A stretch of DNA of 60,254 nt, counting the filler, from Asterionella formosa (lineage: Eukaryota): assembly GCA_002256025.1 (NCBI GenBank). It is 5 parts of 5 records of this genome, joined end to end, with 100 filler letters (N's around TTAATTAATTAA, not from the genome) between each part and the next. Parts side by side here need not be neighbours in the genome. Positions count along the whole stretch, not along the records: positions 48,309 to 60,254 come from NKIB01008024.1; 4 more parts are not named here. One strand, 5' to 3'. Shown piece after piece: positions 49,219-60,254 of the stretch. Both the position numbers and the translations under genes were made by a program. How positions within the stretch are numbered: the stretch's first letter is position 1; each line of letters begins with the position of its first letter. The notes under the pieces were generated by a model that made no database searches, was not told the origin of the DNA, and worked only from the letters and a program-made list of their open reading frames with translations.

Positions 49219-49724
49219 ATTATCTCCTCAAAATCATACAGGAACCTTGGAGAATGTGGCTTGCTACCATTCTTAATGGAAGCAACAATCAACCATGAGA
49301 GCACAGGTAACAAGTTATATGCACATTGCCTGCTCATACGGAAATTGGAGTGATGGATTGTTCATGTGATCGTTTCGTTGCACATATCTTTGTTAAGATG
49401 CCTTGCTTACTTTATGCAACAGTTTTGCTAACATTGTTGTTATTATCTCTTACAGGAAAGTTGTACAAGAACATTGGAGAATGTGACTTGCTGCCATTCG
49501 CAATGGTAGAGGTTCGAATAAAGCATCATCAATTTCATTTACTCTCTCATTTCATTTTGAAAAGGCAAAAAATGATCTAAACATAGCTACCGGAAGTGAA
49601 AATTAAAGTATTGAAGACCACTGTGTGCTCATTCTGATAGAGGATGCACAGTGGAAAGTATGGGTGACCAGAAGTAGAATATTTGAGTATTAAATAGCAA
49701 TCCAATTTAGTTCGATTTGTGTTC

Positions 49725-49930
49725 ATCATTGATCGAACATGATAATAGGTTTGATCAATGAGAGAAATAAGTTAGATCAGTAGTAATTTGACCATAGCAT
49801 TCGAAAGGTTAGACCGAATGAATAACTGATTTGATCTCATGATTACTATCTATGGATCGAACAACAAAATGTTAGTTGATATCAATCAGTTTTTTGTATG
49901 ATCAATCAGCATTTTTGTATGATCAATAAA
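49725..49930. repeat. Degenerate array with about 22-bp period (core GA(T/C)C)
   Basis: Cores at 49731, 49753, 49775, 49790, 49812, 49833, 49855, 49878, 49900 and 49921. Confidence 0.65.
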
Positions 49931-50516
49931 AAAAATACGTCATACTGAGAATTTTTGGGGCAGTGGGTCTTACAGCAAAACTGTTAGGCCTAACGGTTTT
50001 TTATTTACAGACAATGTCATTTAGTAAAACAATGTAATCCTTGATCAATGGGGTCCAATGGTACACATTAGGAATACATTGACATAAAATGAAATAAAAT
50101 AATTTATGTCATGCTGTGATGAATGTATGGAATGTAACCCCATTGTGCATTTTATGATGATTTCGTGGGATTGCTCACTCCATTTTTCCTGTAGAGTCTA
50201 CCGGTATACGTGGACAAAATATATTTGTTATATTCATTTACACTACCCGTATATGTTTACCGCCGCTAGAACTACCGGTATACCCGTATATTATATTTAT
50301 TTCTACTTTTATTACATGCAGATCAACTGTCGTCATCACAGCCAACCGGTTTATCGACAAGCATACCGGTAAATCAAGAAGAACCTTTTTGATATTTGTT
50401 ACGACGACCCGTGATTTGTAACAACGTGAGTTCATTGCTTTAGGTCTCATCGCCTTGAATAGTGTATTAATACTCTCTATTGTTATTTATAAACCGTAGC
50501 TATTGACCCTCACAGC

Positions 50517-51478
50517 ATGACAGAAACAGTGGAAGCACAAGCCTCATCGACATGGCTCGACACTCTAGAAGCTATTGATCGCAAGGTAAGGCAAGGCGGA
50601 AAGCGTCGCTGTGTCGCCTTCAATCATTGCATTATTTTCATGACTCATGCATATATCTGATCGCCCAACACTCGTTTATCCATTGTACAATCTCTCTTGC
50701 TACATTACGTACTGCACAGGCCTTTGTATCTTCCTTTGTATCCCAAAACATCCGACCCGACGGAAGAACATTCACACAATCGCGTCCAGTCAGCATTGCC
50801 AAAGGAATCTTGTCCAAACACACTGCAGGATCTGCCTTGGTCAAGTTTGGGAGCACCACGCAAGTTCTGGCTGGTGTGACATTACAAATTGGTCATCCTG
50901 CAGCTGACAGTAGTTCGTGTGGAGATGTATCCATCACAGTCAACAACTCCAATGGCCACGTATCCTTGCAACGGTGGTTGCAGCGCATTGTAGCAATGAC
51001 AGTCCCAATGGAACAATTATGTATTGAACCAGGACATGCAGCATGGAGGCTGGTGGTTTCGTGTCAAATATTGAAAAGTACGAGCGAACATGATGTACAA
51101 GATGCTTGCTTATTGGCAATAATGGCAGCACTCTTGGAGACTCAATTGCCAAAAACACAAAAGCGCAAGGATGGTACAATGGATATTGTGGCAGGGTCCA
51201 CCACCACTTTTCTCGTTTTACCTGTTATTTCGATTCCCATTTCCTTTGGAGTCATTGTATGCAATGACAGTGAAGGACCCACATGTATTCTTGACCCAAC
51301 CACACAAGAAGATCCTATTGTACTTGGAAGGTTGTCCATGGTAATTGTCAATAATGATGTGGCAAACGTCAGATGGAGTGGTCATGTTGGATTATCACAA
51401 ACCAATATTGCCATGGCAGCACAAGTGGCAATTCGAAGAGCCAAGGAATTGACCAAGATTCTTGCAAATGCGACATAA
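50517..51478 (+). CDS. EXOSC8: Exosome RNase PH-like subunit, most like Rrp43
   Basis: Exons 50517-50585 and 50720-51478. Motifs IRPDGR....R, GSALVKFG.T.VLAGV, QLCIEPG.AAWRL, DACLLA.MAAL.T.LP and ILDPT..E. Confidence 0.8.
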
Positions 51479-52325
51479 TATGGCATCAATTCAAAATTCA
51501 ATAATATCAGGAACAGTGCTTTGTGATAAGATAATATTGAAAATAGACAATTTGTGTAGAAGCACCATCTTGCTTTAGTTACCATCAAGGGTTCTTTGCT
51601 ATTAAGTTCCATTATATGGAGAGAAAGACCTCAAGAATTGTGAAAGAAGGGATACATATAATGTCCGATAACATGAAAGAACTCAAGTGTGGTGAATGAA
51701 CATGATGTCATATGTAGTTGCCTGAATGATCTTTCACAATGGGTTTATCTAATATGTGCATACAGTATCTATAGCAATTTCTAATGTGTATTATATATAC
51801 CCTTATGTATTTCATAGCTGTCATTGATCTAGAAACCAATGATAAAAAAAAATTCATTCAAGTGCATCAAATTGTTGTCAGTTGTTCCATATGCATAAAT
51901 AAATGTTGCACTTTTCCTAGATGAGGATACTCCAACTACTCTTATAACATACAACTACTTTATATATGGAGAATATAAGCTCAGGGATCACTGTTTAATT
52001 CTTTATGAGTTATTGCCCTTTGTCATCATTACAAGGAACTTTCTTTCAAACCGCATGGCAGCCGCGCTGCCGCGCAAAGGTGTTCGGATGTCGACGACAA
52101 CTCCTATTTATTATTTGTAGGAGTTCACATCAGTTAATATCTCGTCATCAAGGCTGATGATCAAATCAGCAGCAGCCCGCAGCAGAAGCACATCCATCTT
52201 TTGCAGCTTGTGTTCTGGATCAACAAGACGAATCAGTATTTTTGATTTTGTCTCGTTGCCCATCAGCATCTGGAGAATCATTAGAGTCACACAAATCCAG
52301 ACTTCCAAGCTTGCGTCGTCAAGGA

Positions 52326-54311
52326 ATGTTTCCAATCAGAAAGTTTCCATTAAGTAAGGTCAAGAGCTTGGATCTAGGTTCCTTTAGCTTCTCTGACACC
52401 GAACAAGCCTCTCTGTCAATGCAGAATGCCTTGACGTGGAGGTTGGATCCAGAAGAGAGCTTCAGCGACTGGACTATCCAAGTCTTTACGATCAGTGACA
52501 GAACGAACGACGGAGTCCATCCTGTAGTGGAATCGTTTCTCGCTCAGAACCAAGATGGACAACAAGACTACGTCCGGAACGAGAATACCAGTCATCAGGT
52601 TACCACCAACTACCATGTGCACAAACATATGCTAGGGGCTGGTCAACGATCCAGTCTCTATTTTGCTCGTATGTTCAGATCAACCATGGCCGAGACGTGC
52701 ACTAGTACCAGCAGGATAGAACTGGACGACGCTGCAGCTGATGCCTTTCCAATCATGCTGGATTTCATGTACTCTCAGCAAGCACTAGACGCAACGACCG
52801 ATTCAGCTGTGGCTTTGCGCTATCTAGCGAATTACTTTGGAATCGAATCTCTCTTTCACGAGGTTAACAATTTTATTGAACAAGACCTTGGACCGACGAC
52901 CTTGGCTCGCTACGTCGAGGGAGCAACGTTGTACCAAGACGAGAAGATGCTAGACGCCGTGGAAGAGCACATCCTGGAGTGTTGGGACAGCGCGCTGGGA
53001 GAGAAGCTCATGGAACTACCTCCTCCATACTTTCTCCGTATTATCAAAGCGTTACAGGGGGTGAAGGATCCCAACACAACTGTAAACGCTGAAATTGTCG
53101 CCAGCTATTGTTTGATGCATGAAGATTTAGAATTGGAATTCGTTCGAAACATCACACTTGCGGACTCTCTTACCGAAATTATTCCAGAATTTGCTATCAA
53201 AATGATTCATTTGGCAGTACAAAGGAACCTTGTGGAAGAAGTCGACGGGAAGCCGTCCTTGAAGCAGCGTGCAATCGAAGCGGCCGCTGTATTGTGGTTC
53301 GAGTTGTCCAAATCCTTCTTCTCGGTGGCGACATCAGGTGACAAGATTGAAAGCGCCGCTGAGAAACGACGAGAATCAGGTTATGACAATTTGTCGACCG
53401 AAGTCAAGCTGGAGATTTTCGAACGTGCAATTGGGTACCGCCAGCAGCGACTCGAGCAAGATCAACCAATACGGAACGAAACGGGCACACATGGTGCATC
53501 ACGTTCCCAATACTACCGCCCAATGCCAGGAGGAGCCGCATTTGGACCCTTATTTGTTCGGAATTTCTTGGATGAAGGTTACGTGAACCGGCGGCGCCAT
53601 GATATAAACTTGAACATGGATGCCGATGAGGTCGATTTGAGATTTCCAGAACAGCGCCAACAAGTGAATCTGAATCCTGCTATCAATGCAAATAACCCAC
53701 CCGATGAACACGCCCCTGCGCATGTTCCTATAAACGCTAGGATCCGTGCGAATGCGTTAGCTGCTGCAATGGCAGGCGACAGTGACAGCGCTCCTCGACG
53801 TTCTCGCCGACATGCCCTTCGGGAAGCACGACCTGTACTAGTTGGCCACCATCGCTTTATCCGCCCCAATCGTTTGGCCCGTCGACCTGACGAACAACTT
53901 TTTGCGCGTCACCACTTAAATGGAGATCGAGTGTATGAAATGGGATCTGAAGGGGAAGGCGATCGCTTTGCTCGAGCCGTACTTAGACGAGGAGGAAGGC
54001 ATCATGACATTATCTATGATGCCGATTCGGATCATGATGACTTGTTTCGACTGGATGGAGTTGCTGCACGACGACAAGCTCATTTTCCAAGGCTAGCCGG
54101 TGAGGATGCAGGGCCACCAGCCGAGCGACGAGCTGCTGTTGTAGATGCAAGAGCAGTTGAGGGTGGTGAACTTCCAGGAATCAACATGGCACGTTTAAAT
54201 CAGATACTTCGACAACAGCAGCATGACCAAAGTGATCGAAGGGCGTTGACGCTTCGTCGATTTCGCCCACAACATGAAGACAATGTTCAGCCACAACCGG
54301 GTGCGATATAA
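52326..54311 (+). CDS. BTB/POZ domain protein (diatom-type) with a low-complexity C-terminus
   Basis: LTWRLDPEESFSDWTI..YHVHKHMLG.G.RSS.YF..F..AFPIMLDFMY..AVALRYLANYFG. First in-frame ATG at 52326. Confidence 0.88.
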   Translation: MFPIRKFPLSKVKSLDLGSFSFSDTEQASLSMQNALTWRLDPEESFSDWTIQVFTISDRTNDGVHPVVESFLAQNQDGQQDYVRNENTSHQVTTNYHVHKHMLGAGQRSSLYFARMFRSTMAETCTSTSRIELDDAAADAFPIMLDFMYSQQALDATTDSAVALRYLANYFGIESLFHEVNNFIEQDLGPTTLARYVEGATLYQDEKMLDAVEEHILECWDSALGEKLMELPPPYFLRIIKALQGVKDPNTTVNAEIVASYCLMHEDLELEFVRNITLADSLTEIIPEFAIKMIHLAVQRNLVEEVDGKPSLKQRAIEAAAVLWFELSKSFFSVATSGDKIESAAEKRRESGYDNLSTEVKLEIFERAIGYRQQRLEQDQPIRNETGTHGASRSQYYRPMPGGAAFGPLFVRNFLDEGYVNRRRHDINLNMDADEVDLRFPEQRQQVNLNPAINANNPPDEHAPAHVPINARIRANALAAAMAGDSDSAPRRSRRHALREARPVLVGHHRFIRPNRLARRPDEQLFARHHLNGDRVYEMGSEGEGDRFARAVLRRGGRHHDIIYDADSDHDDLFRLDGVAARRQAHFPRLAGEDAGPPAERRAAVVDARAVEGGELPGINMARLNQILRQQQHDQSDRRALTLRRFRPQHEDNVQPQPGAI

Positions 54312-54400
54312 ATATTATGCTCATCAATACGATTACTTTGTCCTAATGATGATAATTCATGTATCCAAGTTTCTAGTTGAATGTCTGTATTCATTCGTTG

Positions 54401-55654
54401 CTAAACAAGTTTCGAGTCCTGTGTAGAACCTTCCTCTGATTGCAAATCGCTCCTTGGTCTTCTGGAAGACTGGACAAGTATGCTCATATCTGCTGCAAAG
54501 TCCTTGAGCCCCAATCCTGGCTTTGCGTATTCCTTGGGTCTGTAATTTTCTTCCCACTCCTCTGGAGGGAATACACACCAATGCGCAATCGCAAAGAATA
54601 GCATTTCCAAACATATTAATACGTTTTGAATCTTCGCCGCCTTTACGACATTTTCACCGTGAAGAGTTACAACAATATAAATAATGAGTCCTTGCCAAAA
54701 TGTCATGAATACCACTCCCTTAATGCATAAAAATTTGGAAAATGGCTGACACCACCGAAGGTCGTCGGCAGTGGCATGGTAAAATTTGAGTAGTCCTCCG
54801 AATGCCAAAAACACTGAAATATTTTGAATCATAGCAATGGCAAATTGAGGTGTAATAAAATAGGCCCATTTGCTTAGTTCCGATTCGTCATCTTGTGTCA
54901 CAATAGTATCTCCGTCGTCCATTGCCATAATGACAAAGCTGGCAATTGACGTGAGTGGTCGCACCAGGACAAACTGCATGCATAGAATTTGACATTCCAG
55001 CAACACGGCAGCGGCCTTGGCTAGTGCTGATGTGTCTGGATGTGGATGATAGCAACAGGCCAATACCCTGTTGGGCGAAGTCAACTGGTCCGCATGCTGT
55101 GCCAGCAACTCAATGACAAGCTGTCGATCGCCTCGTCCCAACACGGCGATGAGGAAGCTCAAGAACATGTAAATGGCGTAGGCTTCGTAAAAGTCCTTAA
55201 TGACGGCCAGGTACGCTTCCATTTGTGGCAATAGCAGCGTAAGGAAGGAGGTGATTGCATAAATGGGTGACATCCAAAGAATGGCCAATATCTTGCGCTG
55301 CACAAAAGGTTCATGAAAGGCCCTCAAGTGCGCTGACATGTGGAACATGGTCAACAAGCAAGTGAGCAGCGTGAAGGTGCCAGCCATATGAATGATGGTC
55401 AGATCGTGCTCTTCTTCCACCTTTTGATTCAATGAATTGATCTGATCCTGTTGGGAGTTTTGAATTTGATCCAGCAGATTGTCGATCTGTTGCTGTTCGG
55501 ACGCAACTTTGTACGTCACGTACTGCAGCTGGAAGAACATAACTGTCACGGCGATGATCAGGCCCGTAATGGCTCCAGCGTTCAGGGCGCGAAAGCAGGA
55601 CCAACCGGACGAGGATGTTGCGGCATGATTGGAGAACGGGGTGGTTTCCGACAT
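54401..55654 (-). CDS. TMEM184: TMEM184 / organic solute transporter alpha family membrane protein
   Basis: HL....P..QRKILAILWM.PIYAI.S, KDFYEAYAIY.F, KFLCIKGVVF.TFWQG and IQNVLICLEM.FFAIAH. Has an extra N-terminal TM plus coiled coil. Confidence 0.92.
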   Translation of the reverse strand: MSETTPFSNHAATSSSGWSCFRALNAGAITGLIIAVTVMFFQLQYVTYKVASEQQQIDNLLDQIQNSQQDQINSLNQKVEEEHDLTIIHMAGTFTLLTCLLTMFHMSAHLRAFHEPFVQRKILAILWMSPIYAITSFLTLLLPQMEAYLAVIKDFYEAYAIYMFLSFLIAVLGRGDRQLVIELLAQHADQLTSPNRVLACCYHPHPDTSALAKAAAVLLECQILCMQFVLVRPLTSIASFVIMAMDDGDTIVTQDDESELSKWAYFITPQFAIAMIQNISVFLAFGGLLKFYHATADDLRWCQPFSKFLCIKGVVFMTFWQGLIIYIVVTLHGENVVKAAKIQNVLICLEMLFFAIAHWCVFPPEEWEENYRPKEYAKPGLGLKDFAADMSILVQSSRRPRSDLQSEEGSTQDSKLV

Positions 55655-56265
55655 GGTAAAAATTAGAGATTTATAGTGGTCGAATTATGATACCAAAACA
55701 AGTATACTGCGCATGTACTGGTAAGTGAATTTCATAGAGAATTTATTTCATGTGTTCAAAATGCTTGTGAGCTACGGAGTATGTACTCCTAACTATGGGA
55801 CTGGTATTTATCATTATGTGAAGACTTCGTTCAGTCGTGCAATAGTACACAGCCGGACGTACCAAAGGCCATTGAAACGGGCCAAATTCTGAAATCGAAA
55901 AAGAGCCCGAAAACGTCAAAACTGGCTGAGTTTTTATATTTTCGCCGAGATCATTAGGCTACATGCATATACCGGTATATACTCAATACTATACCGTGAG
56001 CATGTTGCTTGTGGTCGACGCTGTTATGTATTTAATTAATCACTCTACCGTTACCCACGTTATGCTACTGATAATTAATAACCATCACGAGCGGATCGAA
56101 AATAGGTGATGATAGCATCATTCCATGGCTATTAATCATCCATTGTCGAACAGATATTCACTCCATCGCCCTCCTTGTTGCATAGCATACCTTGCTATAG
56201 ACCATCCCTTTAGCAAAACAAAGCAAAGCAACAGCACAAACACACAATACATTTCACATTCTCCA

Positions 56266-57051
56266 ATGAGTCCTACAACAACAAAAACAACCCCGAAATC
56301 AGCCACCGCCACAACGATTATGAATGGGAATAACAATACTATGATCCACCTTCTCTTGACGACGGCCATGTTGTTGGCCATTTTCATCGTGACATTCATC
56401 GCACCGCTCTACAAAATCAAGACCTTGGGGACTGCCAAGTTCGATTTTTACGTCATGAGCATGAGCTACCAACCAGAATTCTGTTTTCAAAATCGACATG
56501 ACGATTGGCCAGGATGTTCACATCCGTTGGAGTTTTGGAAGTCGCATTTAACCATTCATGGACTTTGGCCAGAATACCAAGATGGAAGCTACCCATCGTC
56601 GTGCAGCACTGAAGCATTTGATAATGCCACTGTCGCGCCGTTGGAACCGCAAATGTTGAGGTATTGGCCAAATGTCAAATATGACTACAAGAACGATGGA
56701 AAGGACTATCTAGAATTTTGGGAACATGAATGGAGCAAGCATGGGACATGCTCGGGATTGCCACAATTCGAATACTTTTCACATGCCTTGCAAATGTTTG
56801 TCCATACACCCCCACTGGTGGGGAAGCATTATGGAGACTCTGTAGATAGCAATGCCTTGATCCAGGCGTTTGGAGGTGGGGTTATTTTGGTATGCACGGG
56901 ACGGGACTACTTGTCAGAAGTGAGAGTTTGTTTGAGTATGGATAGGCAAGGTGTTCCACTGGAAAGAATACCATGTCCAGATGTATTGACGGAGGAGTCA
57001 AACTGTCCAGAGGTTGTTCATATTGCCAAATTTGAATCTGATCCCATTTAA
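56266..57051 (+). CDS. RNASET2: Ribonuclease T2 family protein with an N-terminal signal/anchor
   Basis: CAS I TIHGLWP, CAS II FWEHEWSKHGTC and FDFYV..MSYQPEFC. An alternative in-frame ATG lies at 56125. Confidence 0.93.
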   Translation: MSPTTTKTTPKSATATTIMNGNNNTMIHLLLTTAMLLAIFIVTFIAPLYKIKTLGTAKFDFYVMSMSYQPEFCFQNRHDDWPGCSHPLEFWKSHLTIHGLWPEYQDGSYPSSCSTEAFDNATVAPLEPQMLRYWPNVKYDYKNDGKDYLEFWEHEWSKHGTCSGLPQFEYFSHALQMFVHTPPLVGKHYGDSVDSNALIQAFGGGVILVCTGRDYLSEVRVCLSMDRQGVPLERIPCPDVLTEESNCPEVVHIAKFESDPI

Positions 57052-57666
57052 ACAAGTCGTGTTTCTCGATTTTGTTATGATCTTTGCCCTTGCATAATAT
57101 TGGGCCACATGGTAATAGTGATATGTAACATATTACAAATATTTATAGCATACATATAGAATTGTTACAATTACAATTACAATAACAATCAATGTCCATA
57201 GGTCAAAAAAGCGAGTACAGTACATCTTTTTGTATCTCTGGTGGTGCAATGTCATAACTATGGAGATTAATTTTTTGAGGTTCTCAATGACACCTTCCAT
57301 CTTATTGAAGTTGATATATTTATAATTCATCAATTTGTTTGTTAGTCACAATGTACCTGCATCCAACTAGCTACTATATCCATACATGCAGGGGATTATC
57401 CCAAAGCCAGCCAGTCTACCGGAATTATTCTATCGCTTTGAACCTCTATACATTGAATAACTCACTTTGTCACGAATTAATTCAATACATATAAATGTGT
57501 CGATCGACCTTTTTTGGACAACGTGATAGTAGCTGTTTGCCATGTCCTTGGAGTATGCAGGCATATGTGTGTTAAGTGATCTAGTTGAAATGTCACTGAT
57601 CTTATTTTTAAGATCAAAAAGGCTGAAAACATATTTTAACTTTGCACTTTGTAATATTGTGAGCTA

Positions 57667-58251
57667 CTCCCTCTGTTCCAGTATAATTGCAACATGCTCA
57701 GCAACTAACCCGGCTTGATCCATGTCCTTGAAAGAAGCCCTCTGTAAAAGGAGTTTTAATTTTCAACACTAGACGAGCGATGCAGGCTATGAGTACTTCG
57801 GTTAGATTAGTTTATGTAGGCGAATATAAGTGATAAATGTGCATTGTTTAGGGCTTTTGATTTTCATTGGCCAGCATTTTCCTGTACATAGTACTATGTG
57901 TGTAATATCGACATTTACTACAAAAGAGATACAGCAAAAGAAGTAATGAGCATGTTTTTCCGGAAAACATATTTCGTTCTACTTCGAATAATATAGCATA
58001 GCAAAAGTTTTGTGCTCATCCGGATTTATGATGAGCTGGTCATGTATGTCAATGGTCTTGTCAGCCTCCCTTTTGAAAATCGAGGTCTAATTCTAGACTA
58101 TTTAGAACAAATATTATATACACCACCACCAGCCATTAAGTTCGGAATAATTTTTAAATTTGAAGCGCTATTAGCCAGAATTTTCGGAGTTTGCGCTTCA
58201 TGAAAAGCAGTGATCTAAAGTGTGGTTGCAACTATACTGGAACAGAGAAAG
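57667..58251. mobile_element. Tc1/mariner-type (Stowaway-like) MITE, 585 bp
   Basis: TA|CTCCCTCTGTTCCAGTATAATTGCAAC ... GTTGCAACTATACTGGAACAGAGAAAG|TA. TIRs match at 24/27 with a TA TSD on both sides. Confidence 0.85.
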
Positions 58252-58345
58252 TATATGTTTGTAGGTCATCTGGTCTTGTTGTTCTTGCCTGATTACTCAA
58301 GTAATCCTGAACAAGACATATCACATTTTCCTTGATCATGTCAAT

Positions 58346-58499
58346 ATGATCTTGCTTGCTTTGACAATAAGTAAGCATCTCAATTCATTTGACAATAAGC
58401 AAGCATCTCAATTCATTTGTCAATAAGTATTCCAGGTCTTGGTTTCTAATCACTAAAAATATCGATCCTCGACTCGTTGGATTTCATATATTTTATCAT
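58346..58499 (+). repeat. Dispersed repeat, copy 2, with an internal 28-bp duplication
   Basis: Homologous to 45135-45259. CAATAAG(T/C)AAGCATCTCAATTCATTTG is present twice. Confidence 0.85.
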
Positions 58500-60254
58500 A
58501 TGTACACATATCGTTTATGAAAGAGGTACCAGGTACCAGGTTCCTGGTACCTGGTGCCGGTACCTGGTAGTCAACAGTCTTATCGTACCCTTATAATAAT
58601 CATACCAGTATATTGACAATAAGTATTTCAAACGAAGTCCTGGATACGACTCAAATTTACCTGTATGCATGCTGTGGTGGGTTTTTTAGGTGCCGCCGGT
58701 ATGTATTTGCTTGCTTCCATCAAAATGCTACGACAGTCTGATACTCGGAGTACCTGGTACCGGGTATACCATATATATTATCAAGTTTCAAACGAGATGC
58801 TACGACAACCTCATACAAAAAATGTTGATTATAATGCTCACACACAACAACCAACTATGTTCACTTTACAACAACAAAGTTCTCATAATTTTCGGAACCA
58901 ACAATACAAAACGGTACGTGAGGATGGTCAGCACTCGTTTCGTTATTGAGTGTTGCTTTGAGTTTTCGCCCCCCAAGCTATGTTCCTCAGGTTGACTTGC
59001 TCGTGATATCATTGATGTTGCGAACAAGCGGATAGTCTGCATGCAGTACGCGTGTTGGCTATCGGGTTCCTGAGTCATGTTGAGAGCCACCCCGTTCTGC
59101 TTTTCCTTTGGAAGCGAACCCTGGTGTATAGAGTCACTGTGCACGAACGATACCAGGAATCTGCGTGCTTTCTGCACGTAGATATCTAGTGCCTAGCTCG
59201 TATATTTCCGGCAGGAAATGTAAGAGCGAAATGACTCGTAGTATGTTTTGTTCGCGCTCTCGAAATAGAGTGCGTTCACACAGCTACGCGCTTATAGAAG
59301 GCATGAGCGTCCCCAGTAAATAGAAATCGTCGTTTTGCTTCGATGGGAATCATATCCCTTTAGAGCAATTTGACAGGCGCACGTCCTTTGGACTGGACGG
59401 GATTGTTCCCATGTACTGAGAAGAAATATTTTTCTCACCGTACTTTTTCTCCATTTCACGTGCGAGTAGTACCCTGGTACTACCGGGTACAGAGTGCTAC
59501 GGGAACGGGACATGGTACTGGTACCAGGTACCGGGTACTCTTATCTACCGGTATTACAAATGATTATTGGTAACGCCTGGTAGTACCCCCTGATACCAGC
59601 AAGCAGGTACATGGTGAGTGAAGTATCTAACTAGAAGTAGTAGTATTTGTTGAATATATGAGCTTATTTGTTAATCCTTGTGTGTAACTCGTTCTCCAAG
59701 TCGACACCAAAGTATACAATGAGGGTTAGTCGAGTTCTCTCATTATTGAGTTCTTATACATACATGATATAACACTAACCCTATATACATCTGTATTGAT
59801 GCGCAAGATCGCTCACTCTCCCACACCAAGGGAAAACCTTTTACCTTTGAAAAGGTTTGATGTAATGGATATTAATTCAGTCCGTAGTATGCATAGTTTG
59901 TTGAAAAGTAACTGTACCATTGGCATATACTTGAATAAATAGAATAAGGACCTCGTCCATGGTTATCCAAGGTAGTAGGATTATCCGATAGGATTAAAAC
60001 CTCATCAACAACCTTGTAATCGCAAGAACGATGACGGAAAGTATCACGACGTAGTCATTTGTCAATTATCACTTATCGACATTGATATCCCAATATCAAT
60101 TACATATCTATAATCAAATCATGTTGTAAAACCCATGTTCCTGGTGAAAATACACAATGTACTATAAATAGTAGCTCGAGCTGCATATGATGCAGCAAAC
60201 TGGTATCCACAATATTCTGAACTTGAAATTCCTTGATTGGAGGATGAGCCTTTA

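Noticed and set aside
58866..59177. 103-aa minus-strand ORF downstream of a motif cluster
   Set aside because: Non-ATG start, no recognisable domain or splice structure; cannot be supported as a gene.

Overview
Eukaryotic nuclear scaffold, most likely from a diatom. This rests on short GT-AG introns with CTAAC/CTCAC branch points, diatom-type BTB, sulfotransferase and PDE families, a CoDi-like copia gag, an Ambal-like LINE and a bipartite plastid presequence. It holds about 18 protein genes: catalase and long-chain acyl-CoA synthetase (both ending in PTS1 -SKL), Skp1, GINS Psf3, an SLC25A39/40 carrier, a TPR protein, a HAD hydrolase, seipin, RagC/D, a PUB-domain protein, an ADO/PCO cysteine dioxygenase, a sulfotransferase, exosome Rrp43, a BTB protein, TMEM184, RNase T2 and two small hypothetical proteins. 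Between them lie AT-rich tracts with decayed retroelements, a Harbinger/ISL2EU-type transposase, MITEs and minisatellites. There are N gaps, including four 100-nt spacers with TTAATTAATTAA, so adjacency across them is unproven. The strongest novel signals are: (1) a two-copy tRNA-Ala-derived SINE-like family with TSDs and a covarying, anticodon-less cloverleaf head; (2) chains of TA-[CC..GG]-TA units upstream of most genes that look like stacked transposon excision footprints; (3) a 301-codon decayed exon whose only stops are TGA. All calls come from reading the sequence by eye, with no database searches.
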